DNA of 64,000 nucleotides from Macrostomum lignano (lineage: Eukaryota). The stretch spans positions 1 through 64,000 of the forward strand of contig NIVC01001622.1 of NCBI GenBank assembly GCA_002269645.1, given 5' to 3'. Positions 13,201 to 25,200 of this stretch are shown piece by piece. The position numbers and the translations under genes were made by a program. Position 1 is the first letter of the stretch. The number at the start of each line of letters is the position of its first letter. Below the pieces are notes generated by a model, which saw nothing but the letters and a program-made list of their open reading frames with translations, ran no database searches and was not told the origin of the DNA.

Positions 13201-16200
13201 CTCGCCATGCTGCCAAGAATCCGGTGTCTGGGGCCTGTTGAAGCTCTGCAACGATTGCAGCGCATCAGAGATGAGTCAGGCGATGCTGCTAGCTACAATT
13301 CACCCTGGGAGCCGCTGTATGATACGGAGAATTTCAAGCAGGGCTGGATGCGCCGGCCCGCATTGGCGCTGGATTGCTTCGACCGTGGATTGAATTCGCC
13401 GCCACCACTGGCATCCGGCGTGATGGATCAACCTGTCGAGATTCTGGCCGCTCTGTTGAAGCACTGCGGTCTGACTGCGCCTGCTTGGCAGGAATTGATC
13501 AACTTTGCCAAATTTTTCAATAAACAAATGGAAGACTGCGACAATTCAGTGTTCTGTAGCGAAGTGATGAAGGACGATTTGCCGGGCTTTAGGGAATTTA
13601 TTGTTCGGTGTATGCTGCTCATGTCGAAAGATTTTGCTACTAGGTGAGATTGTTAATTGTATTTAAATATGCATGTACACAAGCGCGCCAATGCTGTACA
13701 CAGGCACGCACTCGTACACCCGCTCACACAGAGTGTACAGCGGCGGCCTTCTGACTTGGCATGTACACAGCTCTCTTTGCATGGGGGATTCGGCCCTAAA
13801 GATGAAATATAACTACTATTAAGAAGGGGTTTTGCGAGTCACATTTTAGTCATAATCAACCCTTTTTAAGACTCGGGGCTCGCCCATTTTGTACACTCGG
13901 GCTCGCCCATTTTGTACACTCGGGGGCTCGCCCATTTTGTAAACTCGGGCTCGCCCATTTTGTACACTCGGGCTCGCCCATTTTGTAAACTCGGGCTCGC
14001 CCATTTTGTACACTCGGACTCGCCCATTTTGTACACTCGGGCTCGCCCATTTTGTACACTCGGGCTCGCCCATTTTGTACACTCGGGCTCGCCCATTTTG
14101 TACACTCGGGCTCGCCCATTTTGTACACTCGGGCTCGCCCATTTTGTACACTCGGGGGCTCGCCCATTTTGTAAACTCGGGCTCGCCCATTTTGTACACT
14201 CGGGCTCGCCCATTTTGTAAACTCGGGCTCGCCCATTTTGTACACTCGGACTCGCCCATTTTGTACACTCGGGCTCGCCCATTTTGTACACTCGGGCTCG
14301 CCCATTTTGTACACTCGGGCTCGCCCATTTTGTACACTCGGGCTCGCCCATTTTGTACACTCGGGCTCGCCCATTTTGTACACTCGGGGGCTCGCCCATT
14401 TTGTACACTCGGGCTCGCCCATTTTGTACACTCGGGCTCGCCCATTTTGTACACTCGGGGGCTCGCCCATTTTGTACACTCGGGCTCGCCCATTTTGTAC
14501 ACTCAGGCTCGCCCATTCTGTACACTCGGGCTCGCCCATTTTGTACACTCGGGGGCTCGCCCATTTTGTACACTCGGGCTAGCCCATTTTTTACACTCGG
14601 GCTCGCCTATTTTGTACACTCGGGCTCGCCCATTTTGTACACTCGGGGGCTCGCCCATTTTGTACACTCGGGCTAGCCCATTTTGTACACTCGGGCTCAC
14701 CCATTTTGTATACTAGGACTCGCCCATTTTGTAAACTCGGGCTCGCCCATTTTGTACACTCGGGCTCGCCCATTTTGTACACTCGGGGGCTCGCCCATTT
14801 TGTACACTCGGGCTCGCCCATTTTGTACACTCGGGCTCGCCCATTTTGTACACTCGGGCTCGCCCATTTTTTACACTCGGGCTCGCCCATTTTGTACACT
14901 CGGGCTCACCCATTTTGTATACTAGGACTCGCCCATTTTGTAAACTCGGGCTCGCCCATTTTGTAGACTCGGGCTCGCCCATTTTGTACACTCGGGCTCG
15001 CCCATTTTGTACACTCGGGGGCTCGCCCATTTTGTAAACTCGGGCTCGCCCATTTTGTAAACTCGGGCTCGCCCATTTTGTACACTCGGACTCGCCCATT
15101 TTGTACACTCGGGCTCGCCCATTTTGTACACTCGGGCTCGCCCATTTTGTACACTCGGGCTCGCCCATTTTGTACACTCGGGCTCGCCCATTTTGTACAC
15201 TCGGGCTCGCCCATTTTGTACACTCGGGGCTCGCCCATTTTGTACACTCGGGCTCGCCCATTTTGTACACTCGGGCTCGCCCATTTTGTACACTCGGGGG
15301 CTCGCCCATTTTGTACACTCGGGCTCGCCCATTTTGTACACTCAGGCTCGCCCATTCTGTACACTCGGGCTCGCCCATTTTGTACACTCGGGGGCTCGCC
15401 CATTTTGTACACTCGGGCTAGCCCATTTTTTACACTCGGGCTCGCCTATTTTGTACACTCGGGCTCGCCCATTTTGTACACTCGGGGGCTCGCCCATTTT
15501 GTACACTCGGGCTAGCCCATTTTGTACACTCGGGCTCACCCATTTTGTATACTAGGACTCGCCCATTTTGTAAACTCGGGCTCGCCCATTTTGTACACTC
15601 GGGCTCGCCCATTTTGTACACTCGGGGGCTCGCCCATTTTGTACACTCGGGGGCTCGCCCATTTTGTACACTCAGGCTCGCCCATTTTGTAAACTCGGGC
15701 TCGCCCATTTTGTACACTCGAACTCGCCCATTTTGTAAACTCGGGCTCGCCCATTTTGTACACTCGGGCTCGCCCATTTTGTACACTCGGGCTCACCCAT
15801 TTTGTATACTAGGACTCGCCCATTTTGTAAACTCGGGCTCGCCCATTTTGTACACTCGGGCTCGCCCATTTTGTACACTCGGGGGCTCGCCCATTTTGTA
15901 CACTCGGGCTCGCCCATTTTGTACACTCGGACTCGCCCATTTTGTAAACTCGGGCTCGCCCATTTTGTACACTCGGGCTCGCCCATTTTGTACACTCGGG
16001 CTCGCCTATTTTGTCGATACTATCTGGTACACTGTTGATTAAAAAATAATTAGGCCGCTGTATGCCCTGTGTAATATTCATGATGATTTGTATTGGTACC
16101 ATTCTCACTGTTTGCAATTTTCTCTCCAAGGTCGTTAAACATATCGGACGAATCTGGCGGTCGCGATGCCCAGTCATCAGCGCCGGCAGCAGCGGCAAGC

Positions 16201-19200
16201 GGCTCAGCTGAGCAGCTGCTGCAGCAGTATAATCTGAAGCGTCGCTGGGAGCACGAGGTGCACCCTTATGTTCTTTTCAATCACGACCGGATGTCTTTCA
16301 CCTTCTTCGGCTTCGTTATTGACCGCAACGGGAACCTGCTGGACGCCAAGACTCGGGCTGTTATTCAGCCGGGCGTTATGCCGCCTCAACTGTTTCGCAT
16401 ACTGCGCGCTCAACGGGTGCCGCTAGACGAGAATTTTGACACCATCAAGCGGCCTGATAAAATTGCTCGTTTGAGAACTATACTTGGCTATCAGGTGTGA
16501 TACTGATTGATTTCTTTTTTACTGTATGTATATGTAGCTTTTAAAGCGTATCTCACTCTTTAAGCGTTAAAAAGTGAATTGTCAGTCACTATCACAAAAT
16601 TGAAATTTCACAAGCTCGATTCTCAACAAGCTCGATTCTTGACAAGCTCGATTCTTCATAAGCTTGATTCTTCAAACAAGCTCGATTCTTGACAAGCTCG
16701 ATTCTTGACAAGCTTGATTCTTCATAAGCTTGATTCTTCAAACAAGCTCGATTCTTGACAAGCTCGACTCTTCACAAGCTCGATTCTTCACAAGCTCGGA
16801 AGTTTCGCGTACTCAAAATTTTACCTGTCATATACAATCAGGATTTTGAATTTCAAAATTAGACAAGAGACTTTTCGACAATGCAAAGTTTCGAATTTTA
16901 AAAAGCGGCCCTAGATGAGCCCGAAGTAAGGCTACAGGTACTGAGCAAACCAACTGCAGCCGATAATTCACTCTGGTCTGAAAAGTTATCAATATTGCAG
17001 TCGGTTTGATTCTAACATAAAATTAAAGCTGTTAATAAACACTGCACGCAATCGCAGACCACCGGTATGGTGCCAGATCCCGATCCCAGCTACGAGCTGA
17101 CTCTGGACAATGTGAAGAAAATGCTAGCCATTGTGATGCGCTTCCGCTGCGGCATACCCGTTGTTGTTATGGGCGAAACTGGATGCGGCAAGACTCGCCT
17201 AGTGGAATACTTGGCCAAGCTGATGCGGCCAAGCACGCTCAGGATTGACAATATGATTGTTCTTAAAGTGCACGGCGGCATCACGGAAGATTCTATCGTT
17301 AATGTTGTTCGCAAGGCTGAAAAACTGGCCGACAGAAATTATAAAAGTATGAATAAGGCAAATCGGTCTGGCCAACTCTATACTGTTCTGTTCTTTGACG
17401 AGGTGAGTCGGTTAGCTGCTGATTGTGATAATAGTATTAAAAATAATAATCGCCAGATTTTAGCCTCATAAATTTCTTACTCTAAAGAATGTTAGTTAAA
17501 AGCGAGTCTGGAACGATATTGCAGGAGCAGAGTAGCTCAACGTCTTACTGCATGCCATGACGCAATGTTTTTCAGGCTCACTGGGTCTGGGGTGGCGGTT
17601 TTTAATGTTGCTAAATATCCAGCAACAGCGAAGCAAGCCAAATCCAGTGCATGGCAAGCAAGAGAAAAAGGGGTGGCCCCCCAGCCCTCAGCCAGGCTGA
17701 TAAGCAGCTGGGCTTTCCTCTTGCCCGCTTGTGTCTGACTTTGCCCTCTCTCCTTACTGCTCTCTCATTGGTTGAGCTAGATTGGGCCTGCCCCTTAGGC
17801 TGGGTTTCGTCCGTCTGACTGTGACCCTCTCTTCTTACTGCTCTCTCATTGGCTGAGCTGGATTGGGCCTGCTCCCTAGGCTGGGTTTGGTCCTTCTGAC
17901 TTTGACCTCTCCTTACTGCTCTCTCATTGGCTGAGCTAGATTGGGCCTGCCCCCCTAGACTGAGTTTCGTCCGTTTGACTTTGAACTCTCCTTACTGCTC
18001 TCTCATTGGCTGAGCTAGATTGGGCCTGCCCCCCCCCCTTGGCCGATTTTCGTCCATCTTGCGTTTGTGTGTGCACATCGAGTTGAATGCTTGATCATTC
18101 TTAACTCAAATACTCCCGAGGCCACCAACACCGAGGAAGAAGAGGAAATTTTAGCTGCCACATTAAATTAAGTGACACTGCGCAGACAAACTACTGAAAA
18201 AAGAGTAGACTTTTAAACAGCTTGGCTATGAACCATATCAATAAATAGCATAAAAAATAACACTTTTGCACAACAATACTCCAGGTAAACACAACCAGCG
18301 CAGTCGGCCTAATCAAAGAGATCATGTGCGACGGTCGGGTTCACGGCCGTCCCATTAACTTCACTAGCGGCCTGCGCTGCGTGGCTGCCTGCAACCCGTA
18401 CAGGCAGCACTCTGAGGCCATGATCCAGCGTCTGGAGAACAGCGGCCTGGGCTATTGGGTGCGCAAAGATGCGACTCAGGATCGATTCGGTGCGATCCCC
18501 ATGCGCCACCTTGTCTATCGAGTCAAACCCCTGCCGCTTAGCCTTATCAATGTGCTGTGGGATTTCGGCAACCTGTCCGAGGATGCTGAGGCCAAGTATA
18601 TTCAGCGCATGATTGAGGCTCGCGTTCACGAGCTGGTGCAGCCGCACTGCGGACACTTGGCCGAGCTGGTTCGCTTTTCCCAGGTATATTGCATCTTTGA
18701 TTATTAAACTGCTGTAATCAAGTTAATCTGGCCGAAATATAACATCTAAAATGGCATTTTGTTGTATATATTAGGTACCAAATAGTGAATCGAAAGATTA
18801 AACAATTAAAAAAATTGTTTAATTTAGTAGATTTCACTGAATGGAATTCCAGTGAGTGGGATTCCAGTGAGTGGGATTTCACTGAGTGGGATTCCAGTGA
18901 GTGGGATTTCACTGAGTGGGATTCCAGTGAGTGGGATTTCACTGAGTGGAATTCCGTGGGATTCCAGTGAGTGGGATTTCACTGAGTGGGATTCCAGTGA
19001 GTGGGATTTCACTGAGTGGAATTCCGTGGGATTCCAGTGAGTGGGATTTCACTGAGTGGGATTCCAGTGAGTGGGATTTCACTGAGTGGGATTCCAGTGA
19101 GTGGGATTCCAGTGAGTGGGATTCCAGTGAGTGGATTTCACTGAGTGGGATTCCAGTGAGTGGGATTTCACTGAGTGGGATTCCAGTGAGTGGGATTCCA

Positions 19201-22200
19201 GTGAGTGGGATTCCAGTGAGTGGGATTCCAGTGAGTGGATTTCACTGAGTGGGATTCCAGTGAGTGGGATTTCACTGAGTGGGATTCCAGTGAGTGGGAT
19301 TCCAGTGAGTGGGATTCCAGTGAGTGGATTTCACTGAGTGGGATTCCAGTGAGTGGGATTTCACTGAGTGGGATTCCAGTGAGTGGGATTCCAGTGAGTG
19401 GGATTCCAGTGAGTGGATTTCACTGAGTGGGATTCCAGTGAGTGGGATTTCACTGAGTGGGATTCCAGTGAGTGGGATTCCAGTGAGTGGGATTCCAGTG
19501 AGTGGATTTCACTGAGTGGGATTCCAGTGAGTGGGATTCCAGTGAGTGGGATTTCACTGAGTGGGATTCCAGTGAGTGGGATTTCACTGAGTGGAATTCC
19601 GTGGGATTCCAGTGAGTGGGATTTCACTGAGTGGGATTCCAGTGAGTGGGATTCCAGTGAGTGGGATTCCAGTGAGTGGATTTCACTGAGTGGGATTCCA
19701 GTGAGTGGGATTTCACTGAGTGGGATTCCAGTGAGTGGGATTCCAGTGAGTGGGATTCCAGTGAGTGGATTTCACTGAGTGGGATTCCAGTGAGTGGGAT
19801 TTCACTGAGTGGGATTCCAGTGAGCGGGATTCCAGTGAGTGGGATTCCAGTGAGTGGATTTCACTGAGTGGGATTCCAGTGAGTGGGATTTCACTGAGTG
19901 GGATTCCAGTGAGTGGGATTCCAGTGAGTGGGATTCCAGTGAGTGGATTTCACTGAGTGGGATTCCAGTGAGTGGGATTTCACTGAGTGGGATTCCAGTG
20001 AGTGGGATTCCAGTGAGTGGGATTTCACTGAGTGGGATTCCAGTGAGTGGATTTCACTGAGTGGGATTCCAGTGAGTGGGATTCCAGTGAGTGGGATTTC
20101 ACTGAGTGGGATTCCAGTGAGTGGGATTCCAGTGAGTGGGATTTCACTGAGTGGGATTCCAGTGAGTGGGATTTCACTGAGTGGGATTCCAGTGAGTGGG
20201 ATTTCACTGAGTGGGATTCCAGTGAGTGGGATTCCAGTGAGTGGGATTCCAGTGAGTGGATTTCACTGAGTGGGATTCCAGTGAGTGGGATTTCACTGAG
20301 TGGGATTCCAGTGAGTGGGATTCCAGTGAGTGGGATTTCACTGAGTGGGATTCCAGTGAGTGGGATTCCAGTGAGTGGGATTCCAGTGAGTGGGATTTCA
20401 CTGAGTGGGATTCCAGTGAGTGGGATTTCACTGAGTGGGATTCCAGTGAGTGGGATTTCACTGAGTGGGATTCCAGTGAGTGGGATTCCAGTGAGTGGGA
20501 TTCCAGTGAGTGGATTTCACTGAGTGGGATTCCAGTGAGTGGATTTCACTGAGTGGGATTCCAGTGAGTGGGATTCCAGTGAGTGGGATTTCACTGAGTG
20601 GGATTCCAGTGAGTGGATTTCACTGAGTGGGATTCCAGTGAGTGGGATTCCAGTGAGTGGGATTTCACTGAGTGGGATTCCAGTGAGTGGGATTCCAGTG
20701 AGTGGGATTTCACTGAGTGGGATTCCAGTGAGTGGGATTCCAGTGAGTGGGATTCCAGTGAGTGGGATTCCAGTGAGTGGATTTCACTGAGTGGGATTCC
20801 AGTGAGTGGGATTTCACTGAGTGGGATTCCAGTGAGTGGGATTCCAGTGAGTGGGATTCCAGTGAGTGGATTTCACTGAGTGGGATTCCAGTGAGTGGGA
20901 TTTCACTGAGCGGGATTCCAGTGAGTGGGATTCCAGTGAGTGGGATTTCACTGAGTGGGATTCCAGTGAGTGGATTTCACTGAGTGGGATTCCAGTGAGT
21001 GGGATTTCACTGAGTGGGATTCCAGTGAGTGGGATTCCAGTGAGTGGGATTTCACTGAGTGGGATTCCAGTGAGTGGGATTTCACTGAGTGGGATTCCAG
21101 TGAGTGGGATTTCACTGAGTGGGATTCCAGTGAGTGGGATTCCAGTGAGTGGGATTTCAATAAATGGGATTCCAGTGAGTGGGATTTCATTAAATGGGAT
21201 TCCAAGAAGTGGGATTTCTCACTGTATGAGATTCCAAGGAGTGGGATTTCTCACAATATGAGATTCCAAGGAGTGGGATTTCACTGCCTAGGCGAACTCG
21301 GCGTTATGTCGACTGTCTGCTGGCTGACGCCGGCGCCCCGGACACTGCCGGTGGCGCGGCCTTTGTTCGCGCCCAAGCCATGAAGCGCGCCCTGTGACGC
21401 TGACTTTTACCATCATGACAGCGTATTTTGTTGTTGTTGTTGTTGCTAGGTGTAGGATTTCACTGTTTGCATAGTTTTTGTCTTGCTAGATATTCGCTCA
21501 TAATTTAACACATTTATTTCAACTCCTCAAGGCCTTCATGCGTCGAATCAACGATGAGACCAAGTTTGTGTCGCTGCGAGAAGTGGAAAAAGTCATCCAA
21601 GTGGTGAACTGGCTCATTGATTTTCAACAGATTATTGTTAAAAACATTGTGAATGAGCCCGATGATCATTTAGCGGTGCCGGCTATCACAGACTACACAC
21701 GGGCTGCACTGCTGACTGCTGCCATCTGCTATTATAGCCGTCTGTCATACGAGAATAAGCAGATTTACCTGACTGAACTGGCCGCCAGATTGTGCGACAC
21801 AGCTGGCCGGCCCCTCACTGATCGTGATCTCTACCGGGAGATCTACAGGTGAACCGGCTTGTTACCGACTTGGATAGCATTTAAACATTTTTCAGACTAT
21901 TAGAGACATTACGATTAAAATCTTTATTCGTCTACTTTTCTCAGTAGTCTCAATTGAATCTTTTAATCGTTTCTTAAGAAACCGGTCAGCGAAAACTAAA
22001 GATTCTTAGACAACAAAGACAGGATGGACCATAGACAGAAGCCCAAAACCAATCAAATCAAGCTCAGATTTAGCGGTTTTGGCCATAGACAGAAGCCCAG
22101 AACCAATCAAATCAAGCTCAGATTTAGCGGTTTTGGCCATAGACAGAAGCCCAGAACCAATCAAATCAAGCTCGGATTTGTCAGTCTTGGCCATAGACAG

Positions 22201-25200
22201 AAGCCCAGAACCTATCAAATCAAGCTCAGATTTGTCAGTCTTGGCCATAGACAGAAGCCCAAAACCAATCAAATCAAGCTCAGATTTAGCGGTTTTGGCC
22301 ATAGACAGAAGCCCAGAACCAATCAAATCAAGCTCAGATTTGTCAGTCTTGGCCATAGACAGAAGCCCAGAACCAATCAATTCAAGCTCAGATTTAGCGG
22401 TTTTGGCCATAGACAGAAGCTCAGAACCAATCAAATCAAGCTCGGATTTGTCAGTCTTGGCCATAGACAGAAGCCCGGAACCAATCAATTCAAGCTCAGA
22501 TTTGTCGGTTTGGGCCATAGACAGAAGCCCAGAACCAATCAATTCAAGCTCAGATTTGGCGGTTTTAGCCATAGACAGAAGCCCAGAACCAATCAAATCA
22601 AGCTCAGATTTAGCGGTTTTGGCCATAGACAGAAGCCCAGAACCTATCAAATCAAGCTCAGATTTATCAGTTTTTGTCATAGACAAAAGCCCAGAACCAA
22701 CCAAATCAAGTTCAGATTTGTCAGTCTTGGCCATAGACAGAAGCCTAGAACCAACCAAGTCAAGCTCAGATTACGATTAACTACACAATGAATCTGTTGT
22801 AAAGTGTACATTCATAAATACAAAAAAATATATAAATGTATCCCTCCAATTTCAAGGTGTCAAGAGGCCTTTCTAAACAGCGCTAAACTGCCAGATTTTA
22901 TTGCCAAAAATGACGCTCTACGCGAGAACCTATTTATGATGATTGTGTGCATCAAACTGCGAATTCCGCTCTTTGTTGTCGGCAAGCCGGGTAGCTCCAA
23001 GTCTCTGGCTAAAACCATTGTCAAGAGCAATATGCTGGGCGCTGATTCTCAGTCAAATCTGTTCAAAGAGCTTCCAGGTACTCATATGCTGAGCTTTCAG
23101 TGCTCACCTTGGAGCACATCTGACAGTATTATTAAGACATTTAGTCAGTGCTCTCGCCTGCAGGACGAAAAGGATCTTAGCAAGTAAGTTCGAATTAAAA
23201 TTTCCTGTCGAACTACTCTTGTGTTGTTGGTCATATTTATCTGTGGGTGATTTTTATCACGTCAGAGTCCTAGCGCCATACTCGTAGAATAGATTTTAGC
23301 GTCAATCTAGCGCCATAGAATAGGTTTTAGCGCCAATAAAGCGCCATAGAATAGGTTTTAGCGCCAATCTAGCGCCATTGAATAGGTTTTAGCGCCAATA
23401 AAGCGCCATAGAATAGGTTTTAGCGTCAATCTAGCGCCATTGAATAGGTTTTAGCGCCAATAAAGCGCCATAGAATAGGTTTTAGCGTCAATCTAGCGCC
23501 ATTGAATAGGTTTTAGCGCCACTCTAGCGCTTAAGATTAGGTTTAGCGCCAATCTAGCGTCATTGAATATGTTTTAGCGCCACTCTAGCGCTTAAGATTA
23601 GGTTTTAGCGCCAATCTAGCGTCATTGAATAGGTTTTAGCGCCAATCTAGCGCTTTGGACCAGGTTTTAGCGCCAATCTAGCGCCATAGAATATGGGTTT
23701 TAGCGCCAACTAGCGCTTTGGACCAGGTTTTAGCGCCAATCTAGCGCCATAGAATATAGGTTTTAGCGCCAATCTAGCGCCATAGAATATGGGTTTTAGC
23801 GCCAACTAGCGCTTTGGACCTGGTTTTAGCGCCAATATAGCGCCATAGAATATAGGTTTTAGCGCCAACTAGCGCTTTGGTTCAGGCTTAAGCGCCAATC
23901 TAGCGCCATAGAATATAGGTTTTAGCGCCAACTAGCGCTTTGGACCAGGCTTTAGCGCCAATCTAGCGCGATAGAATATAGGTTTTAGCGCCAACTAGCG
24001 CTTTGGACCAGGCTTTAGCGCCAATCTAGCGCCTTAGGCCAGATTTTCTCCAGAAAACAAGACACCTCACTTCCACTAAGGGAAGAGACTCCCTTGACCT
24101 CCTTATGAAGTCAAATCCAGGAAATTGCATCAGTTTCCTTTTCATGTGCTAACTTTGTAACTCAAATCTTCAACATCAAAGATTTGTGTCCGTGATCATT
24201 TTGGACGAGATCGGCCTGGCCGAGGACAGTCCCAGCATGCCGTTGAAGACTCTGCATCCACTGCTAGAGGACGGCTTCATCAACGGTGACGGACTCACAG
24301 CTGAGGAGAAGCTGCGCAAAAAGATTGGCTTCATCGGCATATCTAACTGGGCGCTGGATCCGGCCAAGATGAACCGCGGTCTCTATGTTCAGCGCGACGT
24401 GCCAACCGAGGACGAGCTGGTTGAAACTGCCAAAGGAATCTGCGGTCGCGACGATGCGGGCCCAATTGTTAACTACTTGGAGCCGCTAGCCAAGTTCTAC
24501 AGGGCTATCTATAAGGTAGGGAATCGTAGAGTCATTAAAACGAGTCGCGAAATAGTCGTTCTACTAACTCATCAAGTAGAGTGAATAGAGTTTTTATAAT
24601 TCATAAAAAAACGCGATTCTAGCACGCCTGAGATACGACTCTACAGCCCCAGAGCAAGGACTACTCAAGTAGAAGGACGGGACACTACGTTTCTTAGAAA
24701 GTGTTTATGAAGCTGGTCTTCGCCGAAAAATACACTACGGAGATAGGAGTTTTCATTTTTTATCACAAAAATTGTTATTGCTTTCGATAGGAGGCAGACC
24801 CAGTGTTCATCTTTTGATATGCTGTGCCTTTCTTATTGCTCTATTGAATCGATATTCATAGAGCTTTTAGTTGAGAAAATTAGGATTAGGATGAGTCTAT
24901 TTTATCATTCTTAGCTGACTGTGACAGAGATGATAAAATAGATTCATAAAACCAAAGATTTGAGCTGTGTCATGCATTTTAATGATTTTAAGGTACAGGA
25001 AATGTACGTAGAATACAAAATGAACATAGAATCCTGATTTTCTGAACGAAAAGCTTTATGAATATCGATAGAGCAATAAGAAAGGCACAGCATATCAAAA
25101 GATGAACACTGGATCTGCCTCCTATCGAAAGCAATAACAATTTTTTATGCTGAAAAATGAAAACTTCCAAGCTCCGAAGAGTATCTTTCGGCGAAAGTTG

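Noticed and set aside
13846-16042. Many long ORFs (e.g. VYKMGEPECTKWASP repeats)
   Set aside because: Stop-free translations of the 23-bp intronic array in several frames on both strands; no splice or start context.
18718-21383. WDSSE / GIPVS repeat ORFs
   Set aside because: Translations of the 15-bp minisatellite.
22006-22791. Three ~250-aa repeat ORFs
   Set aside because: The 54-bp unit is open in several frames by chance and lies within an intron with in-phase flanking exons.
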